DNA of 64,000 bases from Bacillota bacterium (GTDB lineage: Bacteria > Bacillota > Thermincolia > Thermincolales > UBA2595), in assembly GCA_027324025.1 (NCBI GenBank), contig DAHVYW010000012.1:4178-68177 (forward strand). The letters run 5' to 3'. Shown piece by piece: positions 16,306-27,263 of this stretch. Below the pieces are notes generated by a model. It searched no databases. It was not told where the DNA came from and worked only from the letters and a program-made list of their open reading frames with translations. The translations under genes and the position numbers were made by a program. Position 1 is the first letter of the stretch, and each line of letters begins with the position of its first letter.

Positions 16306-17478
16306 TTAACGCCTCAGTAAAGCGTTCGCCATCCCCAGCATGTCGTCGGAAGTCTTGATAGAACGTGAATTTAAATCGTAAGCCCTGTTGGCTGTAATCA
16401 TATTGACCATTTCTTCAGCAAGCTGAACATTGGACATTTCCAGGGTACCCTGGACTAGGCTATAATCTCTCGCTGCTTGAGGGGTACCGGAATTGGCGGT
16501 CTGAACATAAAGGTTTGAACCGGTCTTTTGCAGTCCGGCCGGGTTGGTGAAGCGAACTATATTGAGTTTTCCTGCTACTGCCGGGACATTGATATTCCCA
16601 TCTTTGTCAGGAGAAACTACATCGCCGGCCTTGAGAGGGCCGTCTTGTGCAAGGTCCACAACCACCTCAGGTTCCAGGGGATATTCTTTATCAATCGTCA
16701 CAAGTCTGCCTTCAGCGTCGACCTTGAAGCTGGTCTGCGTTGTATAGGCAGTGTCACCGTCCTCAAGAGTTACCTGATAATATACCGGGGGTGCAGGTTT
16801 TTCCGCAGGAGGCAGTGGGTTGCCTTCTGCATCAGTTAAGTCCACGGGTTCTACATTTTGCAAATCGGAAACAAGGGTAGCTTCCCCTGATTTATCAGTT
16901 GGCCTAAACATGCCTGGTTCAACCTGTTGAAGTTCACCCGGAGTCGCAAAAGTATATTGCTCTACCTGGAGCAGTTGTTTATCCCGGAAAATAATTCCCT
17001 CAGGGTTTACATTGATTTTGGAAACGCCTTCGGGGAAGGTCAGCAATCCGCCGTCACCGGCTTCCATATTGACCAGTTCACCGTTTCCGGTAACAAGATA
17101 ACCATCCGCGTCAACTTTAAACGAACCGTCTCTGGTGTAAGCTTTTGACCCATCCGGCAAAAGAACTTCAAAAAAGGCGTTTCCGGTAAGAGCCAAGTCC
17201 CCGGCATTTCCCGTGGGCTGAAGACTGCCCTGTTCAAACAACATTTGAGTTGCCGCAGCTCTCGTACCATTACCCACCTGTATCCCATTTGAAACAACCT
17301 GCCCGTTTCTGGTCACCCTATCAGTGGACCTCATCTGAGAATAGAGCAGATCCTGAAACTCCACCCGGGTTTTTTTATAGCCGGGAGTATTCACATTGGC
17401 TATGTTGTTGGCGACAGTATCCATAGACATTTGTTGAGCAAGCATACCCGAGCTTGCTGACCATAACGCTTGTAACAT
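16306..17478 (-). CDS. flhP: Flagellar basal-body rod protein FlgG/FlhP with ~130-aa internal insertion
   Basis: N-terminus MLQALWSASSGMLAQQMSMDTVANNIANVNTPGYKK. C-terminus GTLEMSNVQLAEEMVNMITANRAYDLNSRSIKTSDDML. It is 390 aa against ~260-270 usual. Symbol assigned by synteny with B. subtilis mbl-flhO-flhP. Confidence 0.85.
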   Translation of the reverse strand: MLQALWSASSGMLAQQMSMDTVANNIANVNTPGYKKTRVEFQDLLYSQMRSTDRVTRNGQVVSNGIQVGNGTRAAATQMLFEQGSLQPTGNAGDLALTGNAFFEVLLPDGSKAYTRDGSFKVDADGYLVTGNGELVNMEAGDGGLLTFPEGVSKINVNPEGIIFRDKQLLQVEQYTFATPGELQQVEPGMFRPTDKSGEATLVSDLQNVEPVDLTDAEGNPLPPAEKPAPPVYYQVTLEDGDTAYTTQTSFKVDAEGRLVTIDKEYPLEPEVVVDLAQDGPLKAGDVVSPDKDGNINVPAVAGKLNIVRFTNPAGLQKTGSNLYVQTANSGTPQAARDYSLVQGTLEMSNVQLAEEMVNMITANRAYDLNSRSIKTSDDMLGMANALLRR

Positions 17479-17629
17479 GGTATACCCTCCTTATCCAAAA
17501 ACGTTCAAAAGCCCGAACAGCAGTTGAACAATTTCACCGCCTCAGTCGGTCGGCGGTAGAGAGGCTTCCGCGTTGCGGTCCAGCCCCCAAAACAACCTTT
17601 GCATAACCGTTCAAATTATTATGTAACTG

Positions 17630-18385
17630 TTACCGTGGTTGACCGACTTCCATTACCTGGGCCAGAGTCGTGTCATGGGCAGTGATAACTTTCTGGTTAG
17701 CCTCATACGCCCGGCTTATTGTAATCATGTTAACCATCTCAACAATTGGATTCACATTGGAGGCCTCGATAAACTTTTGTTTTATTTGGCCGACATTACC
17801 ACCTGTGGCTTGTCCACCTGTAAACAATGAATCGCCTACCTTTGTTAAAGCGGCTTTGTCAGCTACAGCCACTAGGCGGATAGTTCCGACCCGGTTATCG
17901 TCAACCTTCACATTACCGGCACTGTCCACAGCAACGTTATTGGAGTTGCCAATTTGAATACGCCCGGCTTGTCCCATTACATAATCTCCCTGAGTTGTAA
18001 CGAGATACCCCTGGCTATCTACGGTAAAACTCCCGTTTCGGGTCAAAAAAGTGCCATTCGGGTTTTGCACTTCAAAATACCCTTCTCCGGCAATAGCTAA
18101 ATCAAACGGGTTAGAGCTTTCACGTAATTGACCCTGTTCGTGGGAAGTGATGACCTCGTCCACTATGGTGCCTGTTCCCATTGTCCCAATAGCCGGCCGG
18201 GGATTAACATCAGTTTGTTTCTGGTCATTCACTCTTTGCACCAGTATTTCGGGAAAAGACTTAAATAAAGCCGTGTCTTTTTTGTAGCCTGTAGTGTTAA
18301 TATTGGCTAAATTGTTGGCGGTTACGTCATTTCTGACCATTTCTGCAAGCATCCCTGATGCCGAGGTATACAGTCCTCTTATCAT
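17630..18385 (-). CDS. flhO: Flagellar basal-body rod protein FlgF/FlgG family (FlhO)
   Basis: MIRGLYTSASGMLAEMVRNDVTANNLANINTTGYKK...EASNVNPIVEMVNMITISRAYEANQKVI. Confidence 0.85.
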   Translation of the reverse strand: MIRGLYTSASGMLAEMVRNDVTANNLANINTTGYKKDTALFKSFPEILVQRVNDQKQTDVNPRPAIGTMGTGTIVDEVITSHEQGQLRESSNPFDLAIAGEGYFEVQNPNGTFLTRNGSFTVDSQGYLVTTQGDYVMGQAGRIQIGNSNNVAVDSAGNVKVDDNRVGTIRLVAVADKAALTKVGDSLFTGGQATGGNVGQIKQKFIEASNVNPIVEMVNMITISRAYEANQKVITAHDTTLAQVMEVGQPR

Positions 18386-18407
18386 ACATTCACCTCCTAT
18401 TAAATAA

Positions 18408-20291
18408 ATAGCCTCTCGGCATTCGCCGATTCAGATGGCTCAAGGCTTTGCTTGAACCACCTAAATTACTTTCCTCCTACTTTTGCAGGGGGATTTTTTA
18501 TTTCAATATATCAGAATTGGAAATTCCATATTGAAATTTTTTTGTAAAAATCACAAAAACACTTGACTTTTTAGAAACGCCCCAATAATCGCGATGAAGG
18601 GATTTTTTCCCTTACTAACAGTGATAGGGGTGTTGAAATGAAACCTTTACTCGTTGCCCATGAATCTTATCAAAACTTCCTACTAGAACAGTTGCAAGAA
18701 CACTATTCTGGTGGAATCCTTACTCTTGTAAGCAAGGACTGGCCTATCATCTCAAAACTGTGGATCACAGATCTTTCTTACGTGACGACCTGGCTTTTTG
18801 ATACTTATTCTCTTAAAGGTCCTGCTCCTCGTGATCCTGCCTCCATGTTGCGTTCCTACCTTCTGTTTCTTTTAACTAGCCCTACAATTGGCATTACCAA
18901 GTGGGTTGATCAATTGTATCGGGTCCCTCTCTATGCCATTCTAAGTGGCTTTGAACCAGGGGATATCCCTGGTGTGGGAACCTTTTATGACTTCTTTCAA
19001 CGTCTATGGGGTTACGACAAACAAAACATCAAATCTCAAAAACAAAAACGTAAAAAGAAGAAAAAGAAAAAACTAAAAAAGGGTGAAAAGCAAGCTCCTA
19101 AAGATCCTGGTATTGTAGAGAAACTAGTGAACCGGTTCCTTTGCTATGGATCTAAGAGAAAATGTCTACCGGGAGATCGCTTATTTGATTTTTTTCAATC
19201 TCAATTTCTTGATGTCTCAGCTAAATTAGGTCTACTTGGTGATCTAAATTCTCTTGGTGTTGCCGGTGATGGCACCCCTTTGGAAACTGCTAGATATCCA
19301 AGGAGCAAATCTACTTGTAATTGTAGTGCCCAAGGTATAACGAAATGTAACCATCCACGCCTTTATTCCCAGCCCGACTGTAATTCAGGATGGGATAGCT
19401 CTAGGGAAAGGTATTTCAATGGATACCACCTCTACATGATATCCGCTAGCGATAGTCCATACGACTTACCGTTGTATCCCAGGCTACAGCCTGCTTCACG
19501 GCATGATGCTGTGAGCTTGGTTGCTAGTTCAATTGAATTTTCGCAACGATTCTCCTTGGGCACAATTGGAAGAATGCTTCTTGATGCTGCTCATGATGCG
19601 GAAGCTATTTACGAGTTGCTAATTCACCAGAAAATTGAGCCTTTTATTGACCTTAACCCCAGAACAAAAAAGAACTATAGCTCTGACGGTGATATTAAAA
19701 TCTCATCTAAAGGCATCCCCATATGTCCCATTGATAAAGAAATGAAACCAAATGGATACGATATTTCCCAGAAACGTCAAAAATGGAGATGTTCTCTTGC
19801 CTGTGGAACTAAAAATTCATGCAAAAACCCTTGCTCTTCTGCCAAATACGGTCGTACATTCCATACTTTTTCAAAAGATAATCTACGGCTTTTCACCAAA
19901 ACGCCCAGGTCTTCAGACAAGTGGCAACTCACTTACAAGCGGCGTACTTCTATTGAACGTTCTAATAAACGGGAAAAAATTGATTATCACTTGGAAGCCG
20001 GCCGCCACCGTTCCACTAAAATGTGGTACATCCGTATTTACTGCATCATGATGTGCCAACACATTGATGCCTGGTACAGTGAGAAGAAAAAAACCTTGAA
20101 ATTCTCAGAGCTAATTTTAAATCAAGCTGTTTAGAACTAACTTTTAAAAAATTCACATTGCTAGGTTTATTTGACATGCCCTTTTTTATAAATTCAAGAA
20201 ACCAACCCACTCTCTTCTAGCCAATCAGGATAATTTCCAGTAATTTATTTCCAACTTAACCTTAAAGTGCTTTTTTATTCCGAGAGGCTAT
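18408..20291 (+). mobile_element. Insertion sequence (1884 bp), IS4/IS5-superfamily DDE transposase, 12-bp perfect terminal inverted repeats, 4-bp target duplication
   Basis: IRL ATAGCCTCTCGG (18408-18419) and IRR CCGAGAGGCTAT (20280-20291). Direct ATAA copies lie at 18404-18407 and 20292-20295. Confidence 0.8.
18638..20134 (+). CDS. DDE transposase
   Basis: 498 aa. It has the C-terminal Y-x2-R-x3-E-x6-K signature (YKRRTSIERSNKREK), candidate D residues in VAGDGTP and LLDAAHDAE, and a Lys-rich linker KQKRKKKKKKKLKKGEK. Confidence 0.85.
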   Translation: MKPLLVAHESYQNFLLEQLQEHYSGGILTLVSKDWPIISKLWITDLSYVTTWLFDTYSLKGPAPRDPASMLRSYLLFLLTSPTIGITKWVDQLYRVPLYAILSGFEPGDIPGVGTFYDFFQRLWGYDKQNIKSQKQKRKKKKKKKLKKGEKQAPKDPGIVEKLVNRFLCYGSKRKCLPGDRLFDFFQSQFLDVSAKLGLLGDLNSLGVAGDGTPLETARYPRSKSTCNCSAQGITKCNHPRLYSQPDCNSGWDSSRERYFNGYHLYMISASDSPYDLPLYPRLQPASRHDAVSLVASSIEFSQRFSLGTIGRMLLDAAHDAEAIYELLIHQKIEPFIDLNPRTKKNYSSDGDIKISSKGIPICPIDKEMKPNGYDISQKRQKWRCSLACGTKNSCKNPCSSAKYGRTFHTFSKDNLRLFTKTPRSSDKWQLTYKRRTSIERSNKREKIDYHLEAGRHRSTKMWYIRIYCIMMCQHIDAWYSEKKKTLKFSELILNQAV

Positions 20292-21316
20292 ATAACTTTT
20301 TTGGCCAGTTTATTGGCCTCGGGTAATACACCTATCATCGATAAGGCCTTCCCTGTGCCAAGTGCGACACAAGAAAGGGGGTCCTCCGCAACGTAAACAG
20401 GCAGGGAGGTTTCTTTACTTATTAAAGTATCCAGGCCGTTAAGCAAAGACCCGCCGCCCGTCATGACAATTCCTTTATTGATTATATCGGCGGACAGTTC
20501 CGGGGGTGTTTTCTCAAGCACCTCTTTAACTGACCCTACCACGGCTTCGATAGTTTCCTGCATCGCATCAAAAGTCTGTCTACTCGATATGGTAACTGTT
20601 TTCGGCAGCCCGGAAACGAGGTCGCGGCCCCGAATTTCCATAGTGGTACTCTGCGTCTTGCCCTGAGGATAAGCGGTTCCAACGTTTATCTTTAGTTCCT
20701 CGGCAGTTCTTTCCCCAATCATTAGGTTGAATTCACGGCGGATAAATCTCACTATAGCTTCGTCGAACTTGTCCCCTCCAACCCTCAAAGAAGCGCTGGC
20801 AACAATGCCTCCGAGGGAAAGCACAGCAACGTCCGTTGTCCCTCCACCTATATCAACAACCATACTTCCACTCGGTTCGGAAATATCCAAACCGGCTCCA
20901 AGTGCGGCAGCCAAGGGCTCTTCAATAAGGTGAGCTTGTCTTGCACCAGCCTGCAAAGCAGCCTGACGGACGGCCCTTTCTTCCACACCGGTCACCCCCG
21001 AGGGGATACAGACCATTATTCGCGGGCGGAAGAAAAAATTTCGACCACAGGCCTTGGTAATGAAGTAGCGGAGCATTTTTTCCGTGACATCATAATCGGC
21101 AATAACGCCTTCCCTCAGGGGACGGGTGGCTATGATGTTCCCCGGGGTACGTCCAAGCATTCGCCGAGCTTCCTCGCCTAAGGCAATAACCCTTCCAGTA
21201 TCTTTTTCCATTGCCACTACTGACGGTTCTCTAAGAACAATGCCTTTTCCTTTAACAAAAACCAATACACTGGCTGTCCCTAAATCCACACCTATGTCTG
21301 AACCAAACCAGAACAT
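20288..21316 (-). CDS. mbl: Rod-shape-determining actin homolog MreB/Mbl
   Basis: Start at MFWFGSDIGVDLGTA (ATG 21316). Also DIGGGTTDVAV. Synteny is spoIIID-mbl-flhO. The stop codon lies inside the IS right end. Confidence 0.9.
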   Translation of the reverse strand: MFWFGSDIGVDLGTASVLVFVKGKGIVLREPSVVAMEKDTGRVIALGEEARRMLGRTPGNIIATRPLREGVIADYDVTEKMLRYFITKACGRNFFFRPRIMVCIPSGVTGVEERAVRQAALQAGARQAHLIEEPLAAALGAGLDISEPSGSMVVDIGGGTTDVAVLSLGGIVASASLRVGGDKFDEAIVRFIRREFNLMIGERTAEELKINVGTAYPQGKTQSTTMEIRGRDLVSGLPKTVTISSRQTFDAMQETIEAVVGSVKEVLEKTPPELSADIINKGIVMTGGGSLLNGLDTLISKETSLPVYVAEDPLSCVALGTGKALSMIGVLPEANKLAKKVI

Positions 21317-21443
21317 TAAGTTTTCCCCTTTCCAGTACATATCTAAACCTTAATAAAAAACTGCATCAATTGTCATTAATAATGGTCATAAATTGCTAAA
21401 TCTAATATTCTACACAATAGGGGAAAATCCTCTTTTTTTTATC

Positions 21444-21698
21444 TTATTCTGCCATTTCTTGATATTTTTTTCGGGTGGCTTCTCCTCCTCTGAGGTGGCG
21501 TTCGGCTTTATTAAATTCAAGAATATCTTTAATCTGAATAGCCAACTTCTTGTTAACACCAGGCAGCCGTTCGGTCATGTCTTTATGTACAGTGCTCTTG
21601 CTGACCCCAAATACTGCTGCTGCCTGCCTGACCGTGGCCCTGGATTCAAGAATGTAGGAACTAATATCAAGCACGCGTCTCCTAATATAGTCTTGCAT
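21444..21698 (-). CDS. spoIIID: Sporulation transcriptional regulator SpoIIID
   Basis: 84 aa from MQDYIRRRVLDISSYILESRATVRQAAAVFGVSKSTVHKDMTERL (HTH). Confidence 0.9.
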   Translation of the reverse strand: MQDYIRRRVLDISSYILESRATVRQAAAVFGVSKSTVHKDMTERLPGVNKKLAIQIKDILEFNKAERHLRGGEATRKKYQEMAE

Positions 21699-21778
21699 CT
21701 GTTTACCCCCCCGTCGATTACTAATAAATATATATGCGGAGGGGATGAATAAATGCGAAAAAAAAGCCCGAACCGTAT

Positions 21779-22756
21779 TCAATACTTTAATTTTTGTATC
21801 TGCACACCTGTATAATAGTGAGAAATAATGGCATTACAATCCAAACCTGCAAGCGCCATGCCGTTTGCACCGTATTGACACAATCCTACGGCATGACCTT
21901 TGCCAATAGACTGAAATCTGATTTTCCCTCCTGAGGCTTCCCATTTAACGAGTGTTGAAGTTAACCCCAGGGTTTGTCTTAGAACTGTCCCGGATACCCT
22001 TCTCCCAAGTATCGTAACCTCCTGTAAACGTCCTCTTGGGCTTCGTTTGGTCGGCAAAACTAAGGACTTATTTTCTGCCAAGGCCGGTGTTGACTCCAAT
22101 CCCACGGCTTTCAATACCTTTAACAGCGATGGTTCCTTGATCTCAAGAGTGTAAACTTGCTCTGTGACCTTGTATTCGTTGACACAGTCAACACTTCTCA
22201 GATATGGAATTGCAACAGACCATACGTCTTCGGAATTTTCCGTACCCCTGCCTCCACAGGAACCATGATAAACCGGTTCAATGATTGTTTTATTATATGT
22301 AATAACCTGGCCCTTAGTAAAATTAACCGCCTTACTTATTTTTTCAATATAGATGTAATACTTTAACCTGCCCCAACGTCTCTTCAGTTCTTCATCATCG
22401 CACCATGCCTGACAATGCGTGGGATCAGTACAGATTTCCGCGCCCTTATGTAGATCACTGGGTTTTGCCCCAAACTCAAACATGCGTTTGACTGTATATG
22501 TCCGGGCGGCAACAGCCTGGGCCTTTAACGCCTCCGGCTCAAATTCAGCGGGCATTTCGGCCGCTACTACTCCAACCAGGTATTTCTCCAAAGAAAGGTT
22601 CATAATCTTACCTGTTTGCGTGTTTAGTATCCTAACCGTAGGTTCACCATCCCGTATTTCCGCCCCCGCCCCGGAAAAACCCCTGAAAACCCACATCGGA
22701 ATACCTAGAAGCGAACCTAATATAAATATCCCTACAATTATCAAAACCCTTTTCAT
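21779..22756 (-). CDS. spoIID: Stage II sporulation protein D (lytic transglycosylase)
   Basis: 325 aa with a signal/TM segment, EMPAEFEPEALKAQAVAARTY and VYHGSCGGRGTENSEDVW. Confidence 0.85.
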   Translation of the reverse strand: MKRVLIIVGIFILGSLLGIPMWVFRGFSGAGAEIRDGEPTVRILNTQTGKIMNLSLEKYLVGVVAAEMPAEFEPEALKAQAVAARTYTVKRMFEFGAKPSDLHKGAEICTDPTHCQAWCDDEELKRRWGRLKYYIYIEKISKAVNFTKGQVITYNKTIIEPVYHGSCGGRGTENSEDVWSVAIPYLRSVDCVNEYKVTEQVYTLEIKEPSLLKVLKAVGLESTPALAENKSLVLPTKRSPRGRLQEVTILGRRVSGTVLRQTLGLTSTLVKWEASGGKIRFQSIGKGHAVGLCQYGANGMALAGLDCNAIISHYYTGVQIQKLKY

Positions 22757-22808
22757 CGGTTTTCCCCCGTAAAATAAAGGTATAAGTAAACCTACCTTTA
22801 TTAGTATG

Positions 22809-22838
22809 AAAAAAACATGGCCCTAGACCATGTTTTTC
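22809..22838 (-). terminator. Bidirectional hairpin terminator after murA
   Basis: AAAAACATGG-CCCTAGA-CCATGTTTTT. Confidence 0.55.
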
Positions 22839-22873
22839 GTTTTAATCAATATTCGGGTTTCCCAAAATACAGG

Positions 22874-24139
22874 TTAGGCATTTTTTACCCTTTTTATGTC
22901 CGCACCCAGTTCGCAAAGCTTGTACTCAAGGCTTTCGTAACCCCTGTCTATGTGATGAATAAGACTTATTTCTGTTTCACCCCTGGCAGCCAGACCGGCA
23001 AGAATTAAAGCTGCCCCTCCCCTTAAGTCGGTGGCCTTAACTTTAGCCCCGTACAGTTGGGGAACCCCTTTTACTACCGCAACCCGACCGTTAACACTTA
23101 TGTCAGCACCCATCCGGACCAGTTCTTCGGTATGCATAACCCTGTTTTCAAAAACCGTTTCCACTATTAAACTAGTCCCCTCGGCACGGGCAAGTAAAGA
23201 CGTTAGTTGCGCCTGCATATCTGTGGGAAACCCTGGGTACGGCAGGGTCTGGATATTGGTGGGCTGAATCTTGTCCGCTCCAATAACACGGATGCCGTCA
23301 CCACCGTTTTGGACTTTTGCCCCAATCTCCTCGATTTTGGCAATTACAGGCTTGAGGTGTTCAGCGATAACATTTTCTATTCGAATATCCCCGCCGGTTA
23401 TAGCTGCAGCCACCATGTATGTACCTGCTTCCACCCTGTCAGGAATGATATTGTGAGCCGCCCCTTTAAGGGATGAAACCCCCTCTATAGCCACAAGGTT
23501 AGTCCCGGCGCCGGAAACCTTCCCGCCCATGCCATTTAAAAAGTTGGCCAAATCCACTATCTCCGGTTCTTCTGCAGCGTTTTCAATATGGGTTACCCCG
23601 TCTGCCAAGGCAGCTGCCATCATAATATTTTCGGTTGCCCCCACACTTGGAAAATCAAGATATATCCTGGCCCCTTTTAACCTGCCTCTGACTCTGGCAT
23701 CTACATACCCGCTCTCCTTAGTAATTTCAGCGCCCAAACAGGCGAATCCTTTTAGGTGCAAATCAATAGGCCTTGTTCCAATATTACATCCGCCGGGAAG
23801 GGAAATTCTGGTCTGGCCAAACCTGGCCAATAACGGCCCCATAATGAGAAAGGAGGCTCTCATTTTGCTTACGCACTCGTAAGGAGCCTCTCGATTACAA
23901 AGGGTATTGGCAGTCACTGTTAGGGTGTCTCTGTCCCAAGTGGTTTCTGCTCCCAAATAACTTATTAAGTCAACAATGGTGTTAACGTCAGCTAACCGGG
24001 GCACCCCTGCCAAGAGGCAGGTGTCTTCTACCAAAAGTGTTGATGCGATAATGGGCAGCACAGCATTTTTTGCTCCACTTACATGAATTGTCCCCGTTAA
24101 GGGCACTCCACCCCGAATAACCAACTTTTCCACGTACAA
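22874..24139 (-). CDS. murA: UDP-N-acetylglucosamine 1-carboxyvinyltransferase
   Basis: 421 aa with active-site block LPGGCNIGTRPIDLHL. Confidence 0.95.
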   Translation of the reverse strand: MYVEKLVIRGGVPLTGTIHVSGAKNAVLPIIASTLLVEDTCLLAGVPRLADVNTIVDLISYLGAETTWDRDTLTVTANTLCNREAPYECVSKMRASFLIMGPLLARFGQTRISLPGGCNIGTRPIDLHLKGFACLGAEITKESGYVDARVRGRLKGARIYLDFPSVGATENIMMAAALADGVTHIENAAEEPEIVDLANFLNGMGGKVSGAGTNLVAIEGVSSLKGAAHNIIPDRVEAGTYMVAAAITGGDIRIENVIAEHLKPVIAKIEEIGAKVQNGGDGIRVIGADKIQPTNIQTLPYPGFPTDMQAQLTSLLARAEGTSLIVETVFENRVMHTEELVRMGADISVNGRVAVVKGVPQLYGAKVKATDLRGGAALILAGLAARGETEISLIHHIDRGYESLEYKLCELGADIKRVKNA

Positions 24140-24176
24140 TTTCCCCCTGTTTAAGTCATTTAAACAAACCTGTTTT

Positions 24177-24941
24177 TTAGTATTCGCTGGTGATTATTGG
24201 GGATCCTATATACACAAAAGTTCTATTTTCGACAGAATTGTACCTTAAAGCCATATTAATATTACCTGACTTTTTGTTGCCTGTCAACTGTTGGCGGACA
24301 TCTGGCGAAAAAGCAGTAATACTTACCAACTGCCCATTTGCCAATGCTTCCACGTTCTGGGCATGAGCAGCAGCCAACATCTTTCGAAGAACTTCGTTCG
24401 CCCCGGGTGGACTCATCTCCCCCGAAAAATAACCTGAGATAACAAGGCTTTTATGGAATTGATTCTCTTTAAAAAACTCGCGAGAGATTTTTTCAAGGTT
24501 TTTGAAAGAACATTGCGGGTTTTCTGTGCGAAGTGAAAGAACCAGATACGCCTTCCCGTTTCCACCGTGGTTAACAGGCTTTACATGTAGAGCTACCCTT
24601 GCCGTGAGGCCCTGTCCAACTGCACCTTCTGCTTCAGCAGAAAAAAATCCGTTTTCGCTGACAAGTTTGATAGTTGGGACAGCCTCAGGTCGAAACAATT
24701 TTCGAACCTTTGCATCAAAGTATTTTCGACCGGAATCCTCAGTCAAAAAAGCCCGGTTGATAACTACCCATCCGTTAAGCTCCAGTTTGTTGAATCTGGT
24801 CCCTGAAGCCTTAAACACCCGGACTATCGCTGCCCCATCGGAACTATCTATGGTTACCGGAAAGGCCCAAATTAGGATTATTACTGGCGCTAATACCACA
24901 CATATTAATAATACGACAAGTATCTTCTTTTTTAGATCCAA
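24177..24941 (-). CDS. ywmB: YwmB-family protein
   Basis: 254 aa with an N-terminal TM helix. Its position between the atp operon and murA matches B. subtilis ywmB. Confidence 0.55.
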   Translation of the reverse strand: MDLKKKILVVLLICVVLAPVIILIWAFPVTIDSSDGAAIVRVFKASGTRFNKLELNGWVVINRAFLTEDSGRKYFDAKVRKLFRPEAVPTIKLVSENGFFSAEAEGAVGQGLTARVALHVKPVNHGGNGKAYLVLSLRTENPQCSFKNLEKISREFFKENQFHKSLVISGYFSGEMSPPGANEVLRKMLAAAHAQNVEALANGQLVSITAFSPDVRQQLTGNKKSGNINMALRYNSVENRTFVYIGSPIITSEY

Positions 24942-25068
24942 AATACCTTCACCAACCTCAGGGGTTCTTTTTTTATAATATTGCCGTTAGAATAAGCCTT
25001 TAGACAGTATGCCTGTAAAAAATAGGGTGTCCAAAAAAAGCAGCTTCTTTGCTCTAGGTACAGTAACA

Positions 25069-25236
25069 AGGAAAAGGCAGATGTATTCCTGCAAACGAGC
25101 AACAACTCAGCCGGCAAACCGCTCCCGCTAACGCGGACCTACCCAAAGGGCACAATGGGACTCTAAGCGCTAAAGCGCAAAGAGCCCCGACGGCGCACCG
25201 GCGGATGTCAGACTCGACCGGAAACACCTGCCTCTA
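25069..25236. repeat. Long palindromic intergenic element (family with 60916-61122), with a larger central insert
   Basis: GGAAAAGGCAGATGTATTCCTGCAAACGAGCAACAACTCAGCCGGCAAACCGCTCCCGC matches the reverse complement of 61028-61080. GGCGGATGTCAGACTCGACCGGAAACACCTGCC matches the reverse complement of 60961-61001. Confidence 0.75.
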
Positions 25237-25245
25237 CAATGAAGA

Positions 25246-25280
25246 AGGGGTTGCCTAAAATTTTCTTTTAGACAACCCCT
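25246..25280 (-). terminator. 15-bp hairpin, candidate terminator of the atp operon
   Basis: AGGGGTTGCCTAAAA-TTTTC-TTTTAGACAACCCCT (one mismatch). The U-tract on the atp strand is weak. Confidence 0.4.
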
Positions 25281-25292
25281 GAATGTTTTTTT

Positions 25293-25405
25293 ATCCCAAT
25301 TCCAAGACTCCACCTTCTATTAGGTGGAGTTTCCACTTTTCTGCTTCAGTGGGGGTAGCGTCCCCCACTGAAGTTTCGATGTTCAGCTTTAGCTGAACGA
25401 GTTCA

Positions 25406-25406
<1 letters not shown>
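25293..25406 (-). repeat. 114-bp triple-hairpin repeat, copy 2 (reverse)
   Basis: One substitution versus copy 1, in the loop of the middle hairpin. It ends on the first base of the atpC stop codon. Confidence 0.95.
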
Positions 25407-27239
<1,833 letters not shown>

Positions 27240-27263
27240 TTAAGCGTTTTCCCTCCTATCGCA

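Noticed and set aside
18420-18637. Alternative IS ends at internal TTGGAAAT / AAATTACT matches
   Set aside because: These are only 8-9 bp imperfect matches without flanking duplications. The outer 12-bp perfect repeats with an ATAA duplication explain the junctions exactly.
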